64,000 nucleotides of DNA from the NCBI GenBank assembly GCA_963674695.2, contig CAXXGI010000002.1:640001-704000 (forward strand), in the 5' to 3' direction. Shown here in pieces: positions 40,287 to 50,080 of the stretch (position 1 is the first letter of the stretch; each line of letters starts with the position of its first letter). Source of the stretch: a bacterium (GTDB lineage: Bacteria > UBA10199 > 2-02-FULL-44-16 > JAAZCA01). Below the pieces are notes generated by a model. It did no database searches. It saw nothing but the letters and a program-made list of their open reading frames with translations, and was not told where the DNA came from. The position numbers and the translations under genes were made by a program.

Positions 40287-40736
40287 TTACTTCGTTAGCC
40301 AGATTCTCAGGTTGTTCGGCGTGGCGTTGCTGGTCTTGTAGCTTCCGAAGTAATCCCAATAGGTCACGCCCTTGCTCGTGATCTCTGCCTTGAGGGCGTT
40401 GTAGCGATCGCGGGCCAGGTTATACTTTTTTTCCGGGGCATACGTTTCGAAATGGATGTCCACATCGTTGGCCAAGTTGCTCGTCTCGAGTGCGGTGCGC
40501 GCGGCCTGAAGGGCGGAGGTGATGTCGCCGATCTTACATCCCGTGATCGTCGTCGTATTCGGTTTGAATGTGCACTTGCTCGTCTTCTTCGCGATGTCCT
40601 TGTTCACGGCCGAGATCGCCGCGCTGCTGCCGACATCCTTGGTGGCCTTCTTGAGGTCTCCAACGCCGAACGCCATGGCGCTTACGGCAAATGCGATGAC
40701 GGCTACTCCCACGACTGCTGCACTGAGCTTTCTCAT
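40287..40736 (-). CDS. Secreted hypothetical protein
   Basis: AAGGAGG SD, signal peptide ending AMA/F, one Cys pair. Confidence 0.75.
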   Translation of the reverse strand: MRKLSAAVVGVAVIAFAVSAMAFGVGDLKKATKDVGSSAAISAVNKDIAKKTSKCTFKPNTTTITGCKIGDITSALQAARTALETSNLANDVDIHFETYAPEKKYNLARDRYNALKAEITSKGVTYWDYFGSYKTSNATPNNLRIWLTK

Positions 40737-40880
40737 GGTTCCCCTCCTTGAGTTGGGTATTGGTTGCCTGAACGATTGTCCCTTCCTAGCACGGTTTGAT
40801 GGAACGTTCAATCATCCCGTGTTCGGCGATCGCTGTGGCGTATAAGGTGATCGGAGTGGTGATGAGATTTCCCCGTTGCA

Positions 40881-42428
40881 TCAGCCTTTTCCGGTGATCT
40901 CTTTCCCCCGCAGGCTGTGCAGATTGCAGAGGACATCGCTGTCGATCGATTCTGCACCGGAGAGGATGTGGAAGCGGTCGATGCGGTTGCGGGCGGTGTT
41001 AAAGCCCAGTTCCACGATGCATTGGTTTTCATCCGGCAGCATGCCGTCGAGGGTTGCGCCGAAGGCGAGGAACCTTCCGGAGTCGCGCTGCATCAGCATG
41101 TAGCACTTTTTCCCCGTGCGCACGCTTCCAGAGCGATAGAAGATGCCGAATTCAGGTGAGGTGATAAGGCCGAGATTTTCCCGATGCGATCTCTGAATCT
41201 CAGTCCATAGTGCCGTTTCCGAGATGTACGGCCTTGTCGCGTCTTGTTTTCGCCGCATCTTTCCGGTGAGCCAGGGGGGGCGTTTTTTGGTTATGAAGTG
41301 GTGCGAGAAAATCGTCAGGTTCGCGGGGTTGGAACCGATCGCCTGTGCCGACATCCGTTCGAGGATGATCGCCTTCAGGCGTTCCATAAAGGTAGGCATG
41401 GCGGCGTGGTCTTGTTGTCTGTGATGGCGGACCGCGCCGACGGTTTGTCCAAAGAGCGTCATCAGATCGCGGCGGTTGATGTTGTTCCACAGGCCGCTGG
41501 ATCCGGAGATGATCAGGTCACCCTCCTGAAGCGGGATTTCGGGAGAGAGCTCCGGGTGCAGATCAGTGCCCTGCATGAGCGAACGCGTGAGCCGGGCGCG
41601 ATCGGGATGCATGCGCGCCTGAAGGGTCGAGCGAATGTCGCCGGCCATTTGCAGTTGGGCCACGCGGGTGTGGTCCGTCGTCTGGTGTGCGATCGCGATG
41701 CGACCATCTTCGTTCGTGCGCAAGATCATAGCGCGCATATGGCCGATGTGGGCGAAGCGTACCGTTCGTGCGGTGGGATCGATCTGGCTGATCAGGGCGA
41801 CAGCATCCGGCATTTTCCCGATATGCGGCAGCGAGCGCAAATCGGCGACGCTCTTGCGCCCCTCGGTAAAGATGCGGTTCAGATCGCTGTCATGTCGAAG
41901 GAAGTCGAAGGCGGTGGCGGTGAAGGCCTGTGCCGCCTTGTCGCCGGCAAGAAGCCCGCCGGTGCCATCGCTGATGATTAGGTTGAGCCGCGGCGCCGAT
42001 TGCTTCGGGTGGGATGTGACCAGCGCCAGTGCGGTCTCATTGACGCTCTGATGTCCCGTTCCGCGCAGGGTGAAGCCACAGCTCTCGCCGCAATCGACTT
42101 GGTGGAGCAGCATGCCTTCCTGACCGCCGACGATCATGCGCGCAAGCGGCGTGATGGCGACCGGTCGAGATTTTCCGCCCCACAGGGGCAGGCTGATGAA
42201 GCCGCGTTGGCCGGTGTGACGCTGTTTGATCGCGGCCGCATCCGGTTTCTTTGCAACAAATTGGCTTTCCTGCGCGACGGCTTTCGGATTGTGGTCATAG
42301 AATTCCGCCTGCTCATCCGGGGTAAAGGTCTGCCAGAGCGGTGCTCCAAAGTCATGGATATCGCCGGGCAGGGGCATCATCCCCGGCACGCCAACTCCCT
42401 TCGGCATGAAAAATGTTCCACTGGACAT
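40881..42428 (-). CDS. PP2C/PPM phosphatase-fold protein with a degenerate active site
   Basis: ISDGTGG, FAHIGHMR, QTTDHT, HPDR..LTRSL, GDLIISGSSGLW; several canonical Asp residues replaced. Confidence 0.75.
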   Translation of the reverse strand: MSSGTFFMPKGVGVPGMMPLPGDIHDFGAPLWQTFTPDEQAEFYDHNPKAVAQESQFVAKKPDAAAIKQRHTGQRGFISLPLWGGKSRPVAITPLARMIVGGQEGMLLHQVDCGESCGFTLRGTGHQSVNETALALVTSHPKQSAPRLNLIISDGTGGLLAGDKAAQAFTATAFDFLRHDSDLNRIFTEGRKSVADLRSLPHIGKMPDAVALISQIDPTARTVRFAHIGHMRAMILRTNEDGRIAIAHQTTDHTRVAQLQMAGDIRSTLQARMHPDRARLTRSLMQGTDLHPELSPEIPLQEGDLIISGSSGLWNNINRRDLMTLFGQTVGAVRHHRQQDHAAMPTFMERLKAIILERMSAQAIGSNPANLTIFSHHFITKKRPPWLTGKMRRKQDATRPYISETALWTEIQRSHRENLGLITSPEFGIFYRSGSVRTGKKCYMLMQRDSGRFLAFGATLDGMLPDENQCIVELGFNTARNRIDRFHILSGAESIDSDVLCNLHSLRGKEITGKG

Positions 42429-42445
42429 GGTTGATCTCCGAATGC

Positions 42446-42471
42446 GCTTCGGCGCTCTGCCATAAAAGTTG
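42446..42471 (-). promoter_or_regulatory. FliA/sigma28-like promoter
   Basis: Minus strand CAACTTTT-N10-GCCGAAGC. Confidence 0.45.
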
Positions 42472-42621
42472 CGCGAAAAAAAGACGCATTTCTAAGTTGT
42501 ACTCAGGGGAGTGTTCCGTGTCGCCGACCCTCTGATGGGGGAGTGCCCCCACTGCCGAAAAACGCTGCAGCAGGAGGTCGGGCAATGCGTCTAACACCTT
42601 GATTCAAAAGGAATGCCACTG

Positions 42622-42637
42622 TGGCATGCATCCTGCA
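42622..42637 (+). promoter_or_regulatory. sigma54 (-24/-12) promoter
   Basis: TGGCATGCATCCTGCA (GG-N10-GC) upstream of the pilin gene. Confidence 0.7.
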
Positions 42638-42692
42638 AACGCATGTAGCACATCGATTTGCCGTTGTCATGATGCATTTCACGGGAGGGGAT

Positions 42693-42893
42693 ATGCGTAG
42701 ACAGAGAGGGAAAAAACTCAACCGCAAGGGGCAGTCGGCCACCGAGTACATGCTCATCATCGCCGTCGTGGTCTTGGGGCTTGTCTCCGCGGCGAGCCAC
42801 TTCATCCCGACGTTCAACCAGGCGGTGGAGGGGCTCGCGCAGAATGTCTCGGGCTGGCTGACGACGAATCAGGAGATGGCGAATCCGCAGTAG
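42693..42893 (+). CDS. Flp/Tad-type major pilin
   Basis: Basic leader, G/QSATEY prepilin cleavage with E+5/Y+6, hydrophobic helix, 66 aa. Confidence 0.85.
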   Translation: MRRQRGKKLNRKGQSATEYMLIIAVVVLGLVSAASHFIPTFNQAVEGLAQNVSGWLTTNQEMANPQ

Positions 42894-43089
42894 AGCCGAA
42901 GGGCGATCGCGAGCAAGGCTCGCTAGGGCGAGGGACGATCGCCGCCTTTGGTGGCTGAGATTGCGGACAAACCTGTGTTTTTGTCATCCCCGCGAACGCG
43001 GGGATCTCGATTTGCCCGTTATAAGCGAGATTCCCGCTTTCGCGGGAATGACACCGTACCAAATGAGGACTCACCTTCGAGAGGTGTCC

Positions 43090-43629
43090 ATGCGCTCTTC
43101 AAAGAAAACGTTCATCGGTTCACGGTTCACCGTTTACGGTTCACGGTCTTCACAGAAGGGCCAATCGGTTGTTGCGTTCGCGCTGGTCCTGCCGCTTGTG
43201 GTGCTGCTCATCCTCGTGGTGGTCGGCATCGCGTTCATGAGTATGCGCGGGATCGTTGCACAGGCAGCGGCGGAAAAAGGCGCGCGGCAGGTCTCGACCT
43301 TTGCGACAGCTGGCTTGGCGGGGTGAGCGCTTTGCGCTCAATCTTCCGGCCTTCTTTCGTGGTGGCATCGCCGAGGTCGCGCTGCCCGGTGATGATGGCC
43401 GCGCTCGGCGATCGAATGCCGAGGAGGGTCGCATTCAGCTCGATGCCCTGGCGGACACGATCCTGAACGTGCGCGCCCTTCGTGCGGGGCGCGTCGTGCG
43501 CCGCGCATCCCCGGTGATCCCCGCGATGGAGCGGGGGGCTTTCCGACGCCCATCTGCAGGAGGGGGACACGCCGTCGGCCTATTGCCGCGAGGGGGGAGG
43601 GATATCGCCGATGCCGACGCCTGCGCTAA
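43090..43629 (+). pseudogene. TadE-like pseudopilin, apparently frameshifted
   Basis: KG/QSVVAFALVLP-TM...AAAEKGAR; stops at 43326 while protein-like sequence continues in another frame. Confidence 0.55.
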
Positions 43630-44435
43630 AACGACGGGATGGATCCGTGCTCATCCTGACACTCATCGTCATTCCGATCTTCGTGGTGTTGCTCGCGCTC
43701 GTCGTGACGATCGGTCAGTTGGCGGTAACCCCGGGCGCGGCTGCAGACCGCGGCCGATCGTGCGGCCTACGCGGGCGCGGCGAGCCTCGCCCATTCGCTC
43801 AACCGGATGGCGCGCTCCAACTGGGAGCTGCACCACGCCTTTCGGGATCTCGAAGCGGATTTCTCCACCGACAACCAGCAGACCCAGAGTGCCGCCGAGC
43901 AGCGCCTGCAGCGCTATGAGGCTGCACGCGAGATGGCGCTCGCCGAGCTCGATGCGCTTCGTTCCGAAATGGGTGCGCGCGCCGAGGCGGTGGCACGAGG
44001 TTTGATTCTACGCAATGCGCCGGGAAGCCTGGTCGACGTGCGCGTTCCCTTTGATATCCAGCTCTCGATCGCCTCGACCCGGAGCAGTGGGCGCGCATCG
44101 AATATGCCTATAATGAAGAGATGAGTCTGCCCGAGCCCGAGCGCGTGGAATCCGGTTCGGTTGAGGCGCTGCGTTTCATCGCCAAGGTGCCTGTGGCCGA
44201 TGCGTTCATCGCGGTGCGCGCCAAAAAAACGGTGCGCCCGCTCCTGCTCGCGCGCACCTTCGGCGACGAGCTGCGCATCGAGGTACAGGCATCCGCCCAC
44301 GCCTTCGGCGGATCGCTCTCGGACTTTGCCCAAAAAACGACGGATTCGATCGAGGCGGCGGAAGCGCTCCTCGACGCACATCAGGCTGACCGCCTCTACC
44401 GCGCTGCCCTGCTGCCCGAGGGAGATGTTGAGTAA
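43611..44435 (+). pseudogene. TadG-like pseudopilin with two apparent frameshifts
   Basis: RDG/SVLILT-TM, then LQTAADRAAYAGA (Tad motif) in a different frame after ~43730; second shift near 44080-44120. Confidence 0.65.
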
Positions 44436-44468
44436 CCTATTGATAATAGGAGGAAAGTTTTGTGCCCC

Positions 44469-44507
44469 TTGAATCGCACCGAGAGGATGTATACAATTAT
44501 GTATACA
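44469..44507 (+). promoter_or_regulatory. TA promoter with overlapping operator palindromes
   Basis: TTGAAT-17-TACAAT; TGTATACA at 44488-44495 and 44500-44507. Confidence 0.7.
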
Positions 44508-44543
44508 ATAACGCATACATTTTTTCCCTCAAGGGGGTTGGAC

Positions 44544-44792
44544 ATGAACGGAGCGACGGTGCGCATTTCCCCTGGAACGCGTGATCTTCTGCGTGAACTC
44601 GCACGCGAGGAGCAGTCATCGATGCAGGCGGTTTTAGAACAGGCCGTCGAACACTATCGGCGCGAACGATTTCTCCATCGGGCGAACATGGCCTTCGCGG
44701 CCTTGCGCGAGGATCCTGCCGCGTGGCGTGAAGAGATGCGAGAGCGCGAAGAGTGGGATGCCACACTCGCCGATGGTGAGGAGGAGAACTGA
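44544..44792 (+). CDS. Ribbon-helix-helix type antitoxin
   Basis: TVRIS..TRDLLRELA; acidic tail EWDATLADG; overlaps the toxin start. Confidence 0.82.
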   Translation: MNGATVRISPGTRDLLRELAREEQSSMQAVLEQAVEHYRRERFLHRANMAFAALREDPAAWREEMREREEWDATLADGEEEN

Positions 44793-45136
44793 TGCCGGAA
44801 AAAATTCGCCGAGCAGATATTTGGTTTGCGCGTTTGACCAAGGGGGTTGGTCACGAGACGCACGGCGCTCGCCCCGTGGTCGTCCTCTCCGTCGATGCCT
44901 TCAACAATGGGCCGTCTGGCCTCGTCGTGGTGGCGCCGCTGACGACTCGAGAAAAGGGAATCCCCTTTCATGTGGCACTCGCGGCGCCCGATGGCGGCGT
45001 GGTGCAGAACAGTTACATCAAGTGCGAAGAGGTGCGTTCCATTTCACGGGATCGCCTCTTTCAACGCTTGGGTTCGATTTCATCGCAGGCGCTCTCCGAT
45101 ATCGAGGATCGTCTTCGCATCCTCCTGCTGCTGTGA
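44792..45136 (+). CDS. PemK/MazF family toxin
   Basis: GHETHGARPVVVLSVDAFN, VAPLTT, CEEVRSISRDRL. Confidence 0.92.
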   Translation: MPEKIRRADIWFARLTKGVGHETHGARPVVVLSVDAFNNGPSGLVVVAPLTTREKGIPFHVALAAPDGGVVQNSYIKCEEVRSISRDRLFQRLGSISSQALSDIEDRLRILLLL

Positions 45137-45209
45137 TGTGCTGCATCGCTGCCGCCGCCGCGGCGGCGGCAGTAGTGCGCTAACTCCCTGATTTATCAAC
45201 CCCAGATTT

Positions 45210-45225
45210 CGGCACGATTCCTGCA
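45210..45225 (+). promoter_or_regulatory. sigma54 (-24/-12) promoter
   Basis: CGGCACGATTCCTGCA (GG-N10-GC) before the second part of the tad operon. Confidence 0.6.
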
Positions 45226-45238
45226 GTACCCCTTCGAT

Positions 45239-45595
45239 ATGAAACGTGCATCCGCACACCATCGTGATCGGGGCCACGCCTGCATCGAACTCGTGGTCGT
45301 CGTTCCCCTCATCGCGGCGTGGATCCTCCTCATCGTGCAGGTCGGCCTCGTCTTCGAACGCCAGATGCGCGCGATCGATCAGGCCGGCGCCGAGGCATCG
45401 CGTCGCCTTCGCGCGTGGGAGGAAGCGCATCGCGCGCAGGGGTTTTCGCGCCCCTGTCTGCGGCAGATGCCGGAGCCGGAGCAGCGCGTCGTGGTGCGCG
45501 GGGCCGCCACCCGCATCGGTTGGGGGGTGTTTCGCATCGAGCATCAACCGGAAGGGGAGGTCGCTCTTGTCGACGAACCGATCTGCATCGATTGA
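45239..45595 (+). CDS. TadE-like pseudopilin
   Basis: RG/HACIELVVVVP followed by a TM helix. Confidence 0.7.
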   Translation: MKRASAHHRDRGHACIELVVVVPLIAAWILLIVQVGLVFERQMRAIDQAGAEASRRLRAWEEAHRAQGFSRPCLRQMPEPEQRVVVRGAATRIGWGVFRIEHQPEGEVALVDEPICID

Positions 45596-46409
45596 ACAGC
45601 ACATCCGCCGCCGGCCGTGGCTCGTCGCCGCCATCGCTGCCCTCATCGGCGTGCTCCTGGCCGCGGGCTATCTCGATCGACGCGAGGATGAATTGCTGCA
45701 CATCGCCGAGCCGCAGGCCGTTGTCGTTGCGCGCGCGGCACTCGCGCCGGGCGCCATGATCGATGCGGATGATCTGGCAAGCGCCCGCCTGCCGCGGCGG
45801 TTCGTTCCCCCGGGCGCGATCACCGATGCCGATGACGCCGTCGGGCGCATCGCCGCGGTGGCGATGCCGAAGGGAACGGTGCTCACCGCCGCGATGGCGC
45901 GCACGCCCGGTGCCGCCGGGGCACTCGCCGCGGCTATTCCCGCGGGTGCGCGCGCCGTGGCCCTGCCGGTGGAGGGGGCGGCGGGACTCTTGCGCCTGAT
46001 CCATCCGGGCGATCGCGTCGATCTCATGGCCACCTTCGACCTGGATGCTGGCGGTGCGGAGCGGCGCACGACGATGACGATCCTGGAGAACGTCCCGGTG
46101 CTCGCCTGCGATGGTCATCTGCTCGACGCGATAGCCGCCGCCGCACCCGCCGGTCGCGTCGGCCTCTTCAACACGCGCGCGCCCGTCAGCACCAGAGAGA
46201 TCTCAACGCTCGTCGTCGCGGTTTCGCCCGAAGCGGCACAGCGCGTTGCGTTCGCGCAGCAGACGGGTGTCCTTGCCGTGAGCGTGCGCGCCTTCGGCGA
46301 CGAGGAGGGGGAGGGCGAGACGCTCCCCACGACCATCGCGTCGATGACCGGAAAATTCGAGCGCGTCCTGCCGATGCAGAAACGATTTCGTGAATACCGA
46401 GGGCGGTAG
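45567..46409 (+). CDS. cpaB: Flp pilus assembly protein CpaB/RcpC
   Basis: TM, SAF domain (VVVARAAL.PG), IPAGARAVA, PGDRVD, LENVPVLA; TTG start after GGAGG. Confidence 0.88.
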   Translation: MSTNRSASIEQHIRRRPWLVAAIAALIGVLLAAGYLDRREDELLHIAEPQAVVVARAALAPGAMIDADDLASARLPRRFVPPGAITDADDAVGRIAAVAMPKGTVLTAAMARTPGAAGALAAAIPAGARAVALPVEGAAGLLRLIHPGDRVDLMATFDLDAGGAERRTTMTILENVPVLACDGHLLDAIAAAAPAGRVGLFNTRAPVSTREISTLVVAVSPEAAQRVAFAQQTGVLAVSVRAFGDEEGEGETLPTTIASMTGKFERVLPMQKRFREYRGR

Positions 46410-46412
46410 CGC

Positions 46413-46514
46413 CCCTCCCTCTATTCCCTCCCCTTTGTAAGGGGAGGGTTAGGGTGGGGTAGATCTGGAAACCCCGATCTACCTCCCCTAGCCCCTCCTT
46501 ACAAAGGAGGGGGA
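46413..46514. repeat. CTCCCCTTTGTAAGGGGAG-type palindromic repeat
   Basis: Paired hairpins; related sequence at about 24368-24418. Confidence 0.6.
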
Positions 46515-46658
46515 TGTAAGAGCGCATATGCGCGGAGCAAACCGTGAAATCGCTGTCGCCGCGAGGAGGAAATGAAGACCTTTTTTACAGGGTTATCGGA
46601 AAAAAGGTCTTCATTTCCTCCGGGAGGCGACCTTGTGATCTGAAAGGTGGGGATGAGG

Positions 46659-48182
46659 ATGAGATGTCAATGGAAGATCATCGGTGTGCTGCTGGTACTG
46701 TCGATCGCCTCGCGCGCAAACGCCCAATCTCCGTCGACGCAGATTCTGATGAAGGGGCAGTCGACGACGCTGACGTTCGCCTATGAGATCGGTGACGTCG
46801 CCGTGGCCGATCGGCAGGTCTGCGACTATCTGGTGGGTCAGGAGCGGCGCTCGCTCTACCTCAATGCGCGCGCCGCGGGCGAGACGAGCGTTACCCTCTG
46901 GGATCGCGATGGCGCGCAGCGCGACGAGTATGTCGTGCGCGTGGTCACCACCACGCTCAAGGAAGCGCTCGCGCGCGCGACCGGAGCGTTCGGCGACATC
47001 GCCGGAGTGACGGTGCAGATCCGCGACGGGCGCGTCGAGATCGATGGCGCCATCGCCGATCCGGAAGAGTTTCGCCGCATCGAGGCGATGGCGCGCAAGG
47101 ATCCGCGCCTGCGCAGTCGCGTGCGCATCACGAGTGATGTCGTCGACGAGATCGCCCATGCCGTTCGGCGCGAGGTGGCCGTGCCCGGCGTCACGGTGCG
47201 CGCCGTGCGCGACCGCGTTCTGCTCGAAGGGGTCGCCTACAGCGCGGCAGATGCCAAACGCGCGGTCGAGATCGCGCGCATCTATCATCCGGAAATCCTC
47301 GACCTGATCGAAGTGCGCGAAACCGGTCGCCGCGTCGGGCAGGGCAGGATGATCGCGCTCGAATTTCACCTGATGGAGGTCAAACGCACCGCCCTCAAGG
47401 GGCTGGGCGTGAACTGGGCGCCCGGCGCTTTTCCCGGGGGTGGGGGGAATGCCTCCGTCGGTGGCGGCGGCGGTGCCGGGATGCTCGGCGCCATCGGTGG
47501 TCTTGGGCGCGAGCTGATCGGCTTTGTCTTTCAGCTGGCTCCGCGGCTGAATTTCATTCGACAGCGCGGGCAGGGGCGCGTCCTCGAAAATCCGCGCATG
47601 ATCGTCAAGAGCGGCGAGACGGCCAAGATCTTCTCCGGTTCTGAAGTCCCCTACTATCGCGGCGACGAGGTCCAGTTCAAAAAGGTGGGGGTCGAGATCG
47701 AGGCTGCTCCCATCGAGGCGGCCGACGGTGTCGATGTGAACCTCACGCTCAAACTCTCGGCGCCCTCGGCCGATATCCGCGGAGCCGTCGATACGCACAC
47801 GGTTGCCACCAGCGCCCTGTGTCGCTTCGGCCAGAGCCTGGTGCTGGGCAACATCATCCGCAGCGGGAGCGTGCGGATGAAAAATCGCGTCCCCTCCGGC
47901 GTGGACGCGAGCTCCGCGCTCTTCACGCTCTTTCTCTCGAAGGATTTTCAGGAGAACCGCTCCGAGTTCATCGTCTTCGTCACCCCGCGCGTGCTCGAGA
48001 TGCCCGATGCAGACGAGGCGCGCCTGCGCGATCTGCTCGCCACCGAGGGGGACATGGTGCGCAACCGGGCGAAGACCGAATATGAAACCTACCTCGATCG
48101 TCTCGAAGGAGGTGACGAAGCGAACGAGGCGAAACGCTCACGCGCGAAGGGGCGCACATCGCGGAGGCACCATTGGGAATAA
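46659..48182 (+). CDS. cpaC: Tad secretin CpaC/RcpA
   Basis: Signal peptide, N-terminal pilus-formation domain, BON-like repeats, secretin motifs (SGETAKIFSGSEVP, LFLSKDF...EFIVFVTP). Confidence 0.85.
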   Translation: MRCQWKIIGVLLVLSIASRANAQSPSTQILMKGQSTTLTFAYEIGDVAVADRQVCDYLVGQERRSLYLNARAAGETSVTLWDRDGAQRDEYVVRVVTTTLKEALARATGAFGDIAGVTVQIRDGRVEIDGAIADPEEFRRIEAMARKDPRLRSRVRITSDVVDEIAHAVRREVAVPGVTVRAVRDRVLLEGVAYSAADAKRAVEIARIYHPEILDLIEVRETGRRVGQGRMIALEFHLMEVKRTALKGLGVNWAPGAFPGGGGNASVGGGGGAGMLGAIGGLGRELIGFVFQLAPRLNFIRQRGQGRVLENPRMIVKSGETAKIFSGSEVPYYRGDEVQFKKVGVEIEAAPIEAADGVDVNLTLKLSAPSADIRGAVDTHTVATSALCRFGQSLVLGNIIRSGSVRMKNRVPSGVDASSALFTLFLSKDFQENRSEFIVFVTPRVLEMPDADEARLRDLLATEGDMVRNRAKTEYETYLDRLEGGDEANEAKRSRAKGRTSRRHHWE

Positions 48183-48184
48183 TC

Positions 48185-50080
48185 ATGCATTCAAAGTGGG
48201 GATCGCTCCATGGCATCGCCCTCATCGATGGCACCGGCGGGCTCGACTCCCTCCATGCGGGCGAGTGTTTGGCGCGTTGGCTCGCTGCCGCCGGCGTGCG
48301 CACGCTCCTGTTGGAGACGCGCGCGATCGCATCGGATGAGGCGCGCACGCTCGAAGAGTGCGAGCGAAACCTGGTTCATCTGCAGCATGAAGCGCTGGCG
48401 GGTTTTCTCGCCTGGGACGACACGCGCCTCGGGCGCCTGGCCGGACTCGATCGTCCGATGGGGGAGGAGCTCCTGCGGCGATTGGCCGCCATCTACGATC
48501 TGCTGCTCTGGGTCGGCGCTGCCGATGATCGGTCAGCGTGCGACATCTCCGTGCCTGCGCTGCTCACCGTCGCTGCGGATACCGATGAAGGCGTGCGCGC
48601 CGCGGCGCGCGTGCTCGAAGGGATCGAGCGGGGAGGAGGCGCAACCGTCGTGTCGGGGTTTATCTTCTCCCTCTCGGATGGCGCGCTCGCAGCGCGTCTG
48701 GCTCGTCGCTGGCACCTTCCCTTCTGCGGCGCGCTCGACGATGTGGGACACGTCGCGCAGCGCCTCATCGATCGTGCCGTTGCGGTGGCGCCCGACCCAG
48801 TGCCATCGGCACCCATCGATGCCGGAATGATGATGGAGGCAGAGGCGCACCTCGCCCAGCGCGTGCTCGCCGCGCTTCGCGAGGATCCGGCGTTTCGGAA
48901 TGGGCGCATGCCGACGCATGATGCGGGCGCGATCACGGCGTTGCGCGAGCGCGTCGCGGGTGCGGCGCGCCGCATCCTGCACACGATGATGCCCTCCCTT
49001 CCCGCATCGGTCGATGCCGATGCGATTGTCTCCCGCGCCGTGAGCGATGCGGTCGGCTTCGGTCCGATCGACGCCTTTTTGCAGGATGCGGGTGTGACCG
49101 AGGTGATGGTCTGCGGCGATGGACCGATCTTCATCGAGCGCGCCGGAAAGGTCGAGGTGACCTCAGCGCGCTTTTGCGATCACGAACATCTGCTCACCGT
49201 CATCGAGCGCATGGTCGCGCCCGTCGGCAGGCGGATCGACGAATCCTCAGCGATGGTCGACGCGCGCCTGCCCGACGGGTCGCGTGTGAACGCCGTCATT
49301 CCCCCGCTGGCCGTCGATGGACCGCAGGTGACCATTCGTAAACGTGCGCAGCATCGATTCGATCTCAAAACGCTCGCGACAAACACAACGCTCACCGAGG
49401 AGGCCGCCCGTTTTTTCGGCGCCTGCGTGCGCCATCGACTGAGCATCCTGGTCTCGGGCGGGACCGGTTCGGGCAAGACCACCTTGCTCGGCGCGCTGGC
49501 CGCCGAGATCGATCAGGCCGAACGGATCATCACCATCGAGGATGCGGTCGAACTCGATCTGGGTGCACCGCACGTCGTGCGCCTGGAGGCACGCCCGCCC
49601 AACCTCGAGGGAGCGGGTGGGGTGAGCATTCGCGATCTCGTGCGCAACGCCCTGCGCATGCGCCCCGACCGGATCATCGTCGGCGAGTGTCGCGGCGCGG
49701 AGGCGCTCGACATGCTGCAGGCCATGAACACGGGGCATGAGGGATCGCTGACCACGGTGCACGCCAACGGCGTGCGCGAGGCGCTCTCGCGTCTGGAGAC
49801 GATGGTGCTCATGGCCGGCTGTGCGTTGCCGCTGACTGCCGTGCGCGAACAGATTGCGCGTGCGATCGACCTGATCGTGCAGATTGCGCGCGATGCCGAC
49901 GGCGCGCGCCGTGTGATCGAGATCGCCGAGATCACCGGCATGGAGGGGCCGACCCTGCTCATGCAGGCGATCTTCACCCGTGAGCGGCACGGAATCCTCC
50001 ATCGCACGGGACTGATGCCCCGTTTTCTCGAACGCCTGCCGCGCGCGGAATTTTTCGACGATGAGGAGGGCCGGGCATGA
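48185..50080 (+). CDS. cpaF: CpaF (TadA-type) pilus ATPase with an N-terminal extension
   Basis: [45 protein letters not shown]. Confidence 0.93.
   Translation: MHSKWGSLHGIALIDGTGGLDSLHAGECLARWLAAAGVRTLLLETRAIASDEARTLEECERNLVHLQHEALAGFLAWDDTRLGRLAGLDRPMGEELLRRLAAIYDLLLWVGAADDRSACDISVPALLTVAADTDEGVRAAARVLEGIERGGGATVVSGFIFSLSDGALAARLARRWHLPFCGALDDVGHVAQRLIDRAVAVAPDPVPSAPIDAGMMMEAEAHLAQRVLAALREDPAFRNGRMPTHDAGAITALRERVAGAARRILHTMMPSLPASVDADAIVSRAVSDAVGFGPIDAFLQDAGVTEVMVCGDGPIFIERAGKVEVTSARFCDHEHLLTVIERMVAPVGRRIDESSAMVDARLPDGSRVNAVIPPLAVDGPQVTIRKRAQHRFDLKTLATNTTLTEEAARFFGACVRHRLSILVSGGTGSGKTTLLGALAAEIDQAERIITIEDAVELDLGAPHVVRLEARPPNLEGAGGVSIRDLVRNALRMRPDRIIVGECRGAEALDMLQAMNTGHEGSLTTVHANGVREALSRLETMVLMAGCALPLTAVREQIARAIDLIVQIARDADGARRVIEIAEITGMEGPTLLMQAIFTRERHGILHRTGLMPRFLERLPRAEFFDDEEGRA

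Noticed and set aside
42504-42590. Riboswitch or hammerhead upstream of the pilin gene
   Set aside because: Stems can be drawn but CTGATGA and known aptamer consensus sequences are absent, and the region lies upstream of the sigma54 promoter
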